Shown in pieces: positions 25,667 to 34,385 of a DNA stretch of 34,385 bases. Origin of the DNA: Chloroflexota bacterium. GTDB taxonomy: Bacteria > Chloroflexota > Limnocylindria > Limnocylindrales > CSP1-4. Location of the stretch: contig JACVXW010000007.1 in assembly GCA_015661135.1 (NCBI GenBank), forward strand, positions 3,062-37,446. The letters are read 5' to 3'. Below the pieces are notes generated by a model, which was not told where the DNA came from, searched no databases, and was given only the letters and a program-made list of their open reading frames with translations. How positions within the stretch are numbered: the stretch's first letter is position 1; each line of letters opens with the position of its first letter. The translations under genes and the position numbers were made by a program.

Positions 25667-25722
25667 CATCGGCGATCCGCCCCGGCCCGGGGTGAGGAAC
25701 CGTGCGGGCAGACGAACGTGGG

Positions 25723-26986
25723 TCAGGCCGCGATCGGCCAGGCCGCCGGGGCGGAGGAGCCGCCGGTGAGGAACTCGATCGCGCGATCCAGGACCGGGTC
25801 AACTCCGGCCGGCGTGTCGGCGGGTACCTCGACGACGATGTCCGGCACGATGCCCACCTTGTGGATCCAGCGCTTGTCGGGCGTGAGCCACTTGAAGACC
25901 GTCAGCCTGACCCCGCCGGAATCGTTGACGAGATCGATCCACTGCTGGACCGTGCCCTTGCCGTAGGTCGTCTCGCCGATCAGGGTTGCCCGGCCCGTGT
26001 CCTGGAGGGCGCCGGCCACGATCTCGCTGGCCGAGGCGCTGCCGCGGTCGACGAGGAGGACGACCTCGATGGCGGCGTCCGTGGCGATGCCCTTGCCCGT
26101 CGCGTTGGTGGGGGTCTGGGTTCCCTTCGCATCCTCCTCCCAGAAGACCGGTCCCTCCTTCACGAACGTGCTGGCGACCGTCCGGGCGGCCGTCACGAAG
26201 CCGCCGGGGTTGCCGCGGACATCGATGATGAGGCTGGTCTGACCGCTGTCGAGCGCGGCCTGGACTGCCTCTACGAACCGTTCCGCCCCGTTCTCCGAGA
26301 AGCCGGTGAGCCGGACATAACCGATCGACCCGTTCGCATAGTCATCGGTGATGACTTCCCGCTGGTGGATCACGTCGCGTACGATCGAGACCTCGAACGG
26401 AGCCGCGCCCTCGCGGTCGATCGTGATGAGGACGGTGGTGCCCTTCTTGCCGCGGATCTTGTCGCGTGCCTCGTCCGGCGAGAGTCCATCCAGCGTGGAG
26501 CCGTCGACCTCGGCGATGATGTCGCCCGGCCTGAGGCCGGCCTTCTCGGCTGGGGATCCCTCGAGCGGGGCCACGATGACGAGTCGGCAATCCGGCCCGA
26601 ATGTCGTGCAGTCGACGGTCTTTCGCGCGGCATCCACCGTCCCGATCTCGGCCCCGATTCCCTCGAACTCGCCCGAGATGTCCTGGAGCGTGGAGCGGAA
26701 CTCCTCGGACGTCAGGTAGGTGGAGTAGGGGTCGCCGATCGCCTCGACCATGCCACGGATGGCACCTTCGATCACGGCCTTGCGATCGATCGGGCCGAGG
26801 GCGAACTGATCCCTGATCGCGTGATAGGCGTCCCAGAAGGGCTGGAACGCTTCTTCCTCGCTACCTGGGGGTGGCAGCGGCCGGGATGGGGGCGGATCCC
26901 GGGATCAGGCCGGTCGGCCCAGGGCCGGCGGGATTGCCGGACTCGCCGGGCGGGTCGGCGGGTCGGTCGCGGTCGTCGGGGAACAT
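25723..26986 (-). pseudogene. ctpA: S41 carboxyl-terminal processing protease (PDZ); 5' part frameshifted and TM anchor missing, likely artefact
   Basis: DPYSTYL, FEGIGAEI, DVRGNPGG, SASASEI and TYGKGTVQ motifs. ATG 26986 stops after 41 codons; the AFQPFWDAY segment lies in the catalytic frame with no upstream start. Confidence 0.8.
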
Positions 26987-27117
26987 TGCGGCGTGGCCCT
27001 CATGGAAAGCGTGCGAGCCTGGAGGCGGGGTTTCGGCGGCGTCGCGTGCGGCGGCAAGCCTACACGCGTGCCGCCGATCCTACGTCCGGGGAGAGCGCGG
27101 CGGCTGCCCCGGCGAGG

Positions 27118-28002
27118 CTAGCGGATCAAGTACGTCCGAACGGACAACCACGCGCCGAGCACGCCCAGCCCGATGCCGGAGCCCAGGACCAGGACGCTGA
27201 CCTCGCGAGCAATCGCGCCGACCCGGATCGGGAGGACGCGGAAGAACTCGAACATGAAGCCGCCCATCGGTTCCGCGAGGGCCGCCACGATCGCCAGCGT
27301 GAGCGTTGCCCCGAGCAGGCCGACGAGCGCGCCCTCGAAGATGAACGGCCAGCGGATGAAGGCATCGGACGCACCCACGAGGCGCATCACCTCGATCTCA
27401 TCCGCCCGGCTCACGACCGCGAGACGGATCGTATTGACGATGATGAACAGCACGATCAGGCCGATCAGCCCGAGGATGCCCAGGCCTGCCGTCCGAAGGA
27501 ACCCTGTCACGGTCGTGACGCGCTGCGCGAGGTCGGTGAGGTTCTTCACCTGGTCCACCACGGGATCCGCCCGCAGTTGCTCCATGACCGCCCCGAAGTC
27601 GGCTGGATCGCGAAGCTTGACCTCGAGGCTGGCCTGGAGCGGATTGGCGTCGAGATAGCGGGTAAGGTCTTCCTCACCCTGGGCGGCGCGGGACTCACGG
27701 AAGCGGCGCAGGGCCTCCTCCTTCGAGACGAACTGGACCGCCCGTACCTCCGGCAGCGCCTCGATCCTGGCCTGGAGCACGGCGACATCCACGTCTGCAG
27801 CGGTCGCCCGGAGGTCTGCCACGACCTCGACCTTCTGTTCAACGAACGCAAGCCCGGCGAGCAGGCCGTTCTGGAGGATGAAGAAGCCGGCGAGGAGGAG
27901 GAGCATGAGGGTCATCGTCACCGTCGCCGCGAGGCTGATCGCGGCGTTGCGCCAGAAACCCTGCCAGGCCCGCGACAGGCTGAACCCGAGGAACCCGATC
28001 AC
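27118..28002 (-). CDS. ftsX: Cell division permease-like protein FtsX
   Basis: FVSKEEAL, NPLQAS and NTIRLAVVSRADEIEVMRLVGASDAFIRWPFIFEG motifs. Confidence 0.95.
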   Translation of the reverse strand: MIGFLGFSLSRAWQGFWRNAAISLAATVTMTLMLLLLAGFFILQNGLLAGLAFVEQKVEVVADLRATAADVDVAVLQARIEALPEVRAVQFVSKEEALRRFRESRAAQGEEDLTRYLDANPLQASLEVKLRDPADFGAVMEQLRADPVVDQVKNLTDLAQRVTTVTGFLRTAGLGILGLIGLIVLFIIVNTIRLAVVSRADEIEVMRLVGASDAFIRWPFIFEGALVGLLGATLTLAIVAALAEPMGGFMFEFFRVLPIRVGAIAREVSVLVLGSGIGLGVLGAWLSVRTYLIR

Positions 28003-28038
28003 CGGGCACCGCCGCCGTGCCGGGTGCCGCCGCCGGAC

Positions 28039-28885
28039 TCAGCCACGCCGGTGATACCCGCCGCCCACTTCGTCGCGGATGACGCGGCCGTCTTCCATGG
28101 CGACCACCCGCTTCCGGAGCGCCGTGACGATGTCGGCATCGTGGGTCGCCATGAGGACGGTGACGCCGAGCTCATTGATGCGGAGCAGGAGCTGGATGAT
28201 CTCCCAGCTGATGAGCGGATCCAGGTTGCCGGTCGGCTCGTCCGCGATCACGAGCCGTGGATCGTGGACCAGGGCGCGGGCAATCGCGGTCCGCTGCTGC
28301 TCGCCGCCCGACAGCTGCCGGGGATCGGTCCACGGCCGGCCCGATCTTGCGGCGTGGCGTGCCGGTCACCTGGAGAGCGAAGGCGACGTTCTCGCGGACC
28401 GTCTTGGTCGGGAGGAGCTTGAAGTCCTGGAAGACCGTCCCGATCTTGCGCCGGATCCGGGGCACGAACCGACGCGGCAGCCGGGCCAGGTCCTGGCCGT
28501 CCAGGATGACCTCGCCCTGGGTGGGCGTCTCGTCGCGGATGAGCAGCCGCATCAGGGTGGACTTGCCCGCCCCACTCGGGCCGACCAGGAAGACGAAGTC
28601 GCCCTCGGGCACGATGAGATCCACGTCGCGCAGCGCCTCGCGACCATTCGGGTAGCGCTTCGTCACGTCGTTGAGGACGAGGATCGGGCGCCGGCCAGCC
28701 CCGGCGGTGCCGTTCGCGATTGCCGCGGCCGCCGCTTCGCGGCTCGGACCCTCGTCGGTGTCGTACGGGTCGGGATCGGAACGGTCGTCGAGACCGGCCG
28801 GGCGCGCTCGTCCGGTGTCGATTCGGCCCACTCGGGTCCGGGGAGGTGCCATCGTCAGGTTCGGCTCCGCGATTGCGTGCGCCAT
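28039..28885 (-). pseudogene. ftsE: Cell division ATPase FtsE, frameshifted by an apparent internal deletion near 28325, likely artefact
   Basis: GPSGAGKST and VFQDFKLL are in one frame; [15 protein letters not shown] and [10 protein letters not shown] are in another. The helix normally between them is absent. Confidence 0.88.
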
Positions 28886-29004
28886 CGGCGGGGATGCCTG
28901 GCGGCGCGTCGGCGCGGGACTCCGGGCACGGGCACGGTGGGTGGAGCCACGTCGAGCGGAGGCTACCACCGGCTTCGACGCCCCGGCAAACACGGGGCCG
29001 GGCG

Positions 29005-29914
29005 TCAGGGCAACCCCGGCGAAAACGGCAGGTAGCGGCCGAAGTCGGCAAACGGCCGGTTCCAGCAGAGCAGGACCGGGAAGCCGTCCATCCGCAGCCC
29101 GGCCCGAAGCGCCGCGGGGAGTGACGGCGTCCAGGAGGTGGGCCACGATCGGCGCCACGAGCCCCGCGTCTCGTGTCGCGACTGGGCCGATCCGCCCGAG
29201 CTCCGACCCGTAGCCGTAGCCGAGCATCTCGCCGCCCCCGTCGCGGTAGGCGAACCCGACCCGACCCTGACCGCGGATGAAGTCGTGATCCTGCGGGTGG
29301 GCGTATCCGAGTACCGACCCGTCCAGGGCCGCCAGTTCCGTCTCCAGGAGCCGATCGCGTTCGATGGGCGCGGTCGCGTCGAGCCGGACCGGGTGGATCC
29401 CGGTTGGCAGCGCTCGCAGCGCCTCGGGCCGCGTTGGCCGGCCAACGAGGTTGAACATCGGCAGGCGCGGCACCATGCCCATCGACGCGTACAGGCCGTT
29501 CGAGATCGGTTGGGCGGCATCCGTGACCGTAGCCATGACCGCGTCGTCGACCGGGTCCGGCCGAATGCGCTCGACCAGGCCCCGGCCCACCCCGCTCGCC
29601 TGGGCCTCGGGTCGAACGAAGAGGTTGGACAGGAACCAGACGGGGCCGCGGCGGATGGCCGAGGTGAACCCGACGATCTCCTCCGCGTCGCCCGGCGCGT
29701 CCTCGCCTGACCTCCGTGTCGCGACCCAGAAGCGGGCGGGGTCTGTCGCCAGCATGTGCGCGTGCATGGCGCGCAGGGCGGGGTTGTCGGCCGGGATCTC
29801 GTACTGGCCCAGCGGCACGAGATAGCCGTTGAGGCTTTCCCGGAAGATCGTCTCGCAGGTCGCGAGGTCCGCCTCGGTCGCCCGGCGGTAGCCGATCTCG
29901 CCGGCAGCAGTCAC
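29005..29914 (-). pseudogene. GNAT-family acetyltransferase (two-domain), frameshifted near 29110, likely artefact
   Basis: LSNLFVRPEAQASGVGRGL acetyl-CoA motif. The C-terminal LRAGLRMDGFPVLLCWNRPF..YLP is in a different frame, ending at 29005. Confidence 0.75.
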
Positions 29915-30948
29915 TCGGCCTCGCTGCCCGCGGGCGGGCGACCCGTCGCGAGGCGCTCCAGCTCGGCCTGCATGAAGACGTCGAGTTCGCCATCGAGCAC
30001 GGCGCCGGTGTTGGACGTCTCGTACCCGCTCCGGAGATCCTTGACCATCTGGTAGGGATGCAGGACGTAGCTTCGAATCTGGTTGCCCCAGCCGGCCTCG
30101 ACGTGCTCGCCCTTGAGCTTGCGGAGGGCCGCCTCCTTCTCCTCCAGCGCCCGTTCCAGGAGCCGGGCCTTGAGGACCTTGATCGCCAGCTCCTTGTTCT
30201 GGGTCTGGCTCCGTTCGTTCTGGCTCTGGGCCACGATCCCGGTCGGCAGGTGGGTCAGGCGGACGGCCGAGTCGGTCTTGTTGACATGCTGCCCGCCGGC
30301 GCCCTGGGACCGGAAGGTGTCCACCCTGATCACGTCCCAGTCCAGTTCGATCTCGACGTCGTCCTCTGCCTCGGGCAGGACCTCAACGAGCGCAAAGGTG
30401 GTCTGGCGGCGCTTCTGGGCGTCATACGGGCTGATCCGGACGAGGCGATGGACCCCGCGCTCGGCGCGCAGCCAGCCGTAGGCCCGGCGCCCGTTCACGG
30501 CCACGGTGACGCTCTTGAGGCCGGCCTGTTCGCCCGCCTGCTCGTCGAGGACCTCGGTCCGGAACCGATGTCGCTCGGCCCAGCGGAGGTACATCCGAAG
30601 CAGCATTTCCGCCCAGTCGGTGGCCTCGGTCCCGCCGGCGCCGGCACTCACGGTCACGAGTGCCGCCCGCTCGTCGTATTCGCCCGAGAACAGGAGCGCA
30701 GTTCGTTCCGTCGAGAAATCGCGCGACAGCGCCGCCGCCTCCGTCTCCAGCTCGGCGATCAGCTCGGAGTCGTCCGACTCGCCGATGAGCTGGACCATCG
30801 TTTCGAGGTTTTCGGTCCGGGCGAGGAGCGAGCCCCACAGGTCGATCTCGGTGCGCAGACCGTCCGCCTCGCGGAGGATGCGCTGGGCGCTCCGCTGGTC
30901 ATCCCAGAAACTCGCCTCCTGGGTCAGCGCGTCGAGTTCGGCGACTCG
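29911..30948 (-). CDS. prfB: Peptide chain release factor 2; 5' end, including the frameshift site, missing in this sequence
   Basis: GAGGTEATDWA, GVHRLVRISPYD, GAGGQHVNKT and WGNQIRSYV motifs. Homology extends upstream to RVAELDALTQEASFWDD with no start codon. Confidence 0.93.
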   Translation of the reverse strand, partial: RVAELDALTQEASFWDDQRSAQRILREADGLRTEIDLWGSLLARTENLETMVQLIGESDDSELIAELETEAAALSRDFSTERTALLFSGEYDERAALVTVSAGAGGTEATDWAEMLLRMYLRWAERHRFRTEVLDEQAGEQAGLKSVTVAVNGRRAYGWLRAERGVHRLVRISPYDAQKRRQTTFALVEVLPEAEDDVEIELDWDVIRVDTFRSQGAGGQHVNKTDSAVRLTHLPTGIVAQSQNERSQTQNKELAIKVLKARLLERALEEKEAALRKLKGEHVEAGWGNQIRSYVLHPYQMVKDLRSGYETSNTGAVLDGELDVFMQAELERLATGRPPAGSEAE

Positions 30949-31151
30949 TGGAGCAGGATCGGACGGAGCTCGATGAGTCGGAGGGCCGACTTGCTCCGGG
31001 CGACGACGGGGTTCACGCAGGGGCAGTAGCCGTTATGGGGGCAGACACCGCAGTTGCCATCGCAGTCGAGGGCGGCGGCGTAGCTGCAGTTCCGACAGTC
31101 TCGCTCACAGGCGATCAGGTCAACGAAGCTTGCTTCCTCGGCCTGCTTCAC
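30924..31151 (-). CDS. Small Cys-rich hypothetical protein (8 Cys; two CxxxCxxC plus CPC)
   Basis: GTG start preceded by GAGAGAGGGA; translation MKQAEEASFVDLIACERDCRNCSYAAALDCDGNCGVCPHNGYCPCVNP..; GC3-rich codons; its own promoter. The last residues may be junction-derived. Confidence 0.7.
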   Translation of the reverse strand: MKQAEEASFVDLIACERDCRNCSYAAALDCDGNCGVCPHNGYCPCVNPVVARSKSALRLIELRPILLHESPNSTR

Positions 31152-31245
31152 GGATCCCTCTCTCAACACACCTTGGGCACGGCGGGTGGGCGCGGGGGCT
31201 GCCGATGGGACGAGCGCGTCCCGGAACTATCGGGAAGTTGCCCGG

Positions 31246-31274
31246 AGTATAGGCGGGGACCTGCGGATCGCCAA
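31246..31274 (-). promoter_or_regulatory. Sigma70-type promoter for the Cys-rich ORF/prfB
   Basis: TTGGCG-17 nt-TATACT. Confidence 0.65.
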
Positions 31275-31321
31275 GGGGGTGAATGCGATTTCGCGCGAAT
31301 TCCGTGCCAGAATCATGCTGC

Positions 31322-31879
31322 TCAAGGGAGTTGGGCGCCGAATTCCTCCGTGAAGACATGGCCGGCACCCAGGAAGTACACGGCCAACGCCGCGGCCTCG
31401 TGGAGAATCGCCCCGATTCGGCTGTCGCGACCACCCTCGGTCGGGCTCGTTCGCGTCGGGGACCCCCACGCCTGAACACCTTCGTCCGTGGCAATCCGGA
31501 GGACTCGCAGCATGTGGCTGGGGTCACTCACGAAAACGGCGCTCGTGAGCCCGCGGGCCGTCATCATGCCGGCAACGCTCTCGATCGACTCCAGCGTCGT
31601 CCGTCCGCGATCCTCGGCGAGGATGGCCTCGGCGGGCACGCCATGGTCGATCGCCCATGCGCGCGCTGCGGCTGCCTCGGTCGTCCGATCGCCGGTTGCC
31701 TTGCCGCCGGTCACCACCAGGAGGGGTGCGATCCCCGCCTGATACAGGGCCACGGCGTGTTCCAGCCGCGCCTCGAGCACGGGCGACGGCCGGCCGTCGT
31801 ACTGGGCAGCTCCGAGGATCACGATCGCGTCGGCGGGCCGGGCCTCGTCCCTCCCCGCCTGGTCCAGGATCCGGTTGGC
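31322..31879 (-). CDS. YdcF/DUF218-family protein; N-terminal TM helix and start codon missing
   Basis: ADAIVILGAAQYDGRPSPVLEARL, VTGG, TEA, TTLES and VSDPSHMLR motifs. Homology extends upstream of the ORF-track start (RILDQAGRDEARPAD). Confidence 0.85.
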   Translation of the reverse strand, partial: ANRILDQAGRDEARPADAIVILGAAQYDGRPSPVLEARLEHAVALYQAGIAPLLVVTGGKATGDRTTEAAAARAWAIDHGVPAEAILAEDRGRTTLESIESVAGMMTARGLTSAVFVSDPSHMLRVLRIATDEGVQAWGSPTRTSPTEGGRDSRIGAILHEAAALAVYFLGAGHVFTEEFGAQLP

Positions 31880-31927
31880 GTCGGCGAGGCGAGGTCCCCG
31901 GCGCCGAGCTTCAGCGCCGCCGGCGGA

Positions 31928-34385
31928 TCAGGAGCCGTGGCACTTCTTGTACTTCTTGCCCGATCCGCACCAGCAGGCGTCGTTGCGGCCGATCTTCTCG
32001 CCCGTCGGCGTGTGGCCGGGTCTCGCCTGGGCCCCACCCAGACCGGGCAGACCGGCCCCGCCGCCCGAGGCCGCGATGCCCCCGCCCGACACGCCGCCGC
32101 GCAGCACGGCCCCACCCGCCACACCGACGCTCGGCCCCACCCCGCCGCCGGCCGTGACCGCCGGCCTCGCCTGTTGGCCCGGCCCGGCGAGCGGGAAGAC
32201 GCCTGCGGGGGGTGCTGCGGGCGAGGGTGCCCGCGTCAGCGTCACCCGGAAGATCGTGCTGGCAACCTGGTGGCGGATGAACCCGCCCAGTTCCTCGTAC
32301 AGCCGGAAGGCCTCCTTCCGGAACTCGTTCAACGGGTCCTGCTGCGCATAACCTCGCAGGCCGATGCCACGGCGCAACTCGTCCAGCTCGGTGAGGTGCT
32401 CCACCCACAGCGAATCGACCGTTCGGAGGAGGACGAAGCGCTCGATCAGGATCCACTCGGGCCCGATCTCGTCTTCCTTGGCGTCGAGCTTGGCGCCCGC
32501 CACCTCCTTGAGATGCACGCCGATCGCATCGGGGGTCCGCAGGTCCCAGAGCTCGTCCTCGTTCACGTCTTCGGCCGTGAAGCCAATCCGCCGGAGGGCC
32601 TCCACGAGGCCGTCCATCGTCCCGGTCTCGGGCCCGCCGCTGCCGGCGTGGGTATCGACGAGGACGTCGATCTCCTCGCCCAGGAAAGCCCGGACCGTCT
32701 CGGTCAGGTCCTCGTTGCGGAGGACCTTGTCGCGCTCGGCGTAGATCGTCTCGCGTTGCAGGTTGATGACGTCGTCGAACTCGACGACGCGCTTGCGGAT
32801 ATCGAAGTTGAAGCCCTCGACCCGGGTCTGGGCGCTCTCGATGGTCTTGCCCACGATGCCGGACTCGATGTAGGTGTCATCGTCCAGGCCAAGGCGCTCC
32901 ATGAGGCCGGTGACGCGCTCGGACGCGAAGCGCTTCATGAGGTCGTCGTCGAGCGAGAGGTAGAACCGGGACGAGCCCGGATCGCCCTGGCGGCCGGACC
33001 GGCCGCGGAGCTGGTTGTCGATCCGCCGGCTGTCGTGGCGCTCCGTGCCCACGATGTGGAGCCCGCCGGCCGCGACCACCCGCTCATGGTCCTCGTCGCA
33101 GATCGTCCTGGCCTCGGCGAGCGCCTCGTCGTAGGTCGCCTTGTCCACCTCGGCCGGGTTGAGTCCGCGCCGATGGAGGATTTCGGAGGCCAGCCCGGCG
33201 GGATTTCCGCCCAGCTGGATGTCCGTGCCGCGACCGGCCATGTTCGTCGCGATCGTCACGGCGCCGGTCTTTCCGGCCTGGGCCACGATCTGCGATTCCT
33301 TCTCGTGGAACTTGGCATTGAGGACTTCATGTTTCACGCCGCGCCGCTTGAGGAGCTCGCCCAGGATCTCGGACTTCTCGACCGAGACCGTGCCAACGAG
33401 GACCGGCCTCCCGACCTCCTGCATCGCGACGATCTCCTCGATCACCGCGTTGAACTTGGCGTTCTCGTTTCGGTAGACCAGGTCGGTCTCGTCCTCTCGG
33501 ATCATCGGCCGGTTGGTCGGGATGGCGACGACCTCCAGCTTGTAGATCTTCGAGAACTCCTCGGCCTCCGTCATCGCGGTGCCGGTCATGCCGGCGAGCT
33601 TGTCGTACAGCCGGAAGTAGTTCTGGAAGGTGATCGTGGCGAGCGTCACCGACTCGCGCTGGACCCGCAGCCCTTCCTTGGCCTCGACGGCCTGGTGGAG
33701 CCCCTCGCTCCAGCGACGCCCCGGCATCTGGCGACCGGTGAATTCGTCGACGATGACGATCTCGCCGTCCTTGACGATGTAGTCCCGGTCTCGCTTGTAG
33801 AGGGCGTGCGCGCGGAGCGCCTGCTCGAAGTGCCGGGCGAGCCGCGGGTCCGCGTCGTAGAGGTTTTCGACGCCGAGGAGCTTCTCCATCTTGTCGACGC
33901 CCTCCTCGGTCGGCGAGACCGCGCGATCCTTGAGGTCAATGAAGTAGTCGCCGCCCTCCTCCTCGCCCTCGGGGCGCTCGGAGAGCCGCGGCACGAGGCG
34001 GGCGAACTGGAAGTAGAGGTCCGCCGATTCCTCGGCCTGGCCGCTGATGATGAGCGGCGTCCGGGCCTCGTCGATGAGGATGTTGTCCACCTCGTCCACG
34101 ATCCCGAAGAACCGCTCGCGCTGGACCCGCAGGTCCAGCTCCGTGACCATGTTGTCGCGGAGGTAGTCGAACCCGAACTCGTTGTTCGTGCCGTAGGTGA
34201 TGTCGGCGGCATAAGCCTCGCGCCGGCTGACCGGCTTCAGGTTGATGAGCCGCTCGTCGTTCGTCGGGTACCCGGGCTCGAACACGAACGAGGTGTCGTG
34301 GGTGATCATCCCGACGCTCAGGCCCAGGAAGTGGAAGACCGGGCCCATCCACTGCGGGTCGCGTCGGGCGAGGTAGTCGTTGACC
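31928..34385 (-). CDS. secA: Preprotein translocase SecA; 5' part beyond the window
   Basis: GTNNEFGFDYLRDN, DEVDNILIDEARTPLIISG, ATNMAGRGTDI, QLRGRSGRQGDPG motifs and C-terminal SEC-C GRNDACWCGSGKKYKKCHG. Confidence 0.98.
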   Translation of the reverse strand, partial: VNDYLARRDPQWMGPVFHFLGLSVGMITHDTSFVFEPGYPTNDERLINLKPVSRREAYAADITYGTNNEFGFDYLRDNMVTELDLRVQRERFFGIVDEVDNILIDEARTPLIISGQAEESADLYFQFARLVPRLSERPEGEEEGGDYFIDLKDRAVSPTEEGVDKMEKLLGVENLYDADPRLARHFEQALRAHALYKRDRDYIVKDGEIVIVDEFTGRQMPGRRWSEGLHQAVEAKEGLRVQRESVTLATITFQNYFRLYDKLAGMTGTAMTEAEEFSKIYKLEVVAIPTNRPMIREDETDLVYRNENAKFNAVIEEIVAMQEVGRPVLVGTVSVEKSEILGELLKRRGVKHEVLNAKFHEKESQIVAQAGKTGAVTIATNMAGRGTDIQLGGNPAGLASEILHRRGLNPAEVDKATYDEALAEARTICDEDHERVVAAGGLHIVGTERHDSRRIDNQLRGRSGRQGDPGSSRFYLSLDDDLMKRFASERVTGLMERLGLDDDTYIESGIVGKTIESAQTRVEGFNFDIRKRVVEFDDVINLQRETIYAERDKVLRNEDLTETVRAFLGEEIDVLVDTHAGSGGPETGTMDGLVEALRRIGFTAEDVNEDELWDLRTPDAIGVHLKEVAGAKLDAKEDEIGPEWILIERFVLLRTVDSLWVEHLTELDELRRGIGLRGYAQQDPLNEFRKEAFRLYEELGGFIRHQVASTIFRVTLTRAPSPAAPPAGVFPLAGPGQQARPAVTAGGGVGPSVGVAGGAVLRGGVSGGGIAASGGGAGLPGLGGAQARPGHTPTGEKIGRNDACWCGSGKKYKKCHGS

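Noticed and set aside
25702-28422. 906-aa plus-strand ORF and many similar long Arg/Pro/Gly-rich ORFs across the window
   Set aside because: They are antisense or off-frame shadows of recognisable genes, expected in very GC-rich DNA, and show no family motifs.
28172-29914. Novel GNAT-ABC ATPase fusion protein
   Set aside because: Both parents' C-termini exist in other frames, and the linker is read-through of the GNAT tail and intergenic DNA.
30924-31151. Cys-rich ORF as the programmed-frameshift N-terminus of RF2
   Set aside because: It would need a -1 shift with no slippery site, whereas RF2 uses +1 at CTT-TGA, and RF2 residues after the usual shift site are also missing.
31322-31930. Stop-codon read-through fusing SecA to YdcF (same frame)
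   Set aside because: SecA ends normally at its SEC-C motif, and the shared frame is more simply explained by chance after the apparent deletion.

Overview
A very GC-rich bacterial chromosomal window centred on the replication origin. Gene content and style suggest Chloroflexota, possibly a Limnocylindria/Ellin6529-like lineage; this is inference, not a search result. Left to right: four membrane-glycosylation genes (two GT-C-like membrane proteins, a DUF2723 protein, a GT2); a minus-strand run dnaA-[oriC]-dnaN-recF-dciA(DUF721)-PP2C-like membrane protein-rhomboid-DUF151; the divergent rpmH-rnpA-yidD-yidC-jag operon; a VanW-family gene; a Fur/DMT/methyltransferase trio; tmRNA (tag ANKQSTLALAA); a divergent two-gene urease-like locus between ssrA and smpB; and, read on the minus strand, secA-ydcF-small Cys-rich ORF-prfB-GNAT-ftsE-ftsX-S41 protease-smpB. 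No mobile element, CRISPR array, rRNA or tRNA is seen. The most promising candidates for new biology are: (1) the urease-like enzyme, which keeps its metal ligands but has a remodelled substrate pocket and flap and no accessory genes; (2) a hairpin-sequestered 15-codon ORF/sRNA with its own promoter upstream of smpB; (3) an 8-Cys small protein with its own promoter upstream of prfB; (4) a PP2C pseudophosphatase/rhomboid/DUF151 module; (5) probable CTG initiation through CTGA stop-start overlaps (recF, possibly rnpA). At least seven genes, including essential dnaA and prfB, appear to lack short segments. These are most likely sequencing or assembly artefacts and should temper interpretation of the whole window.
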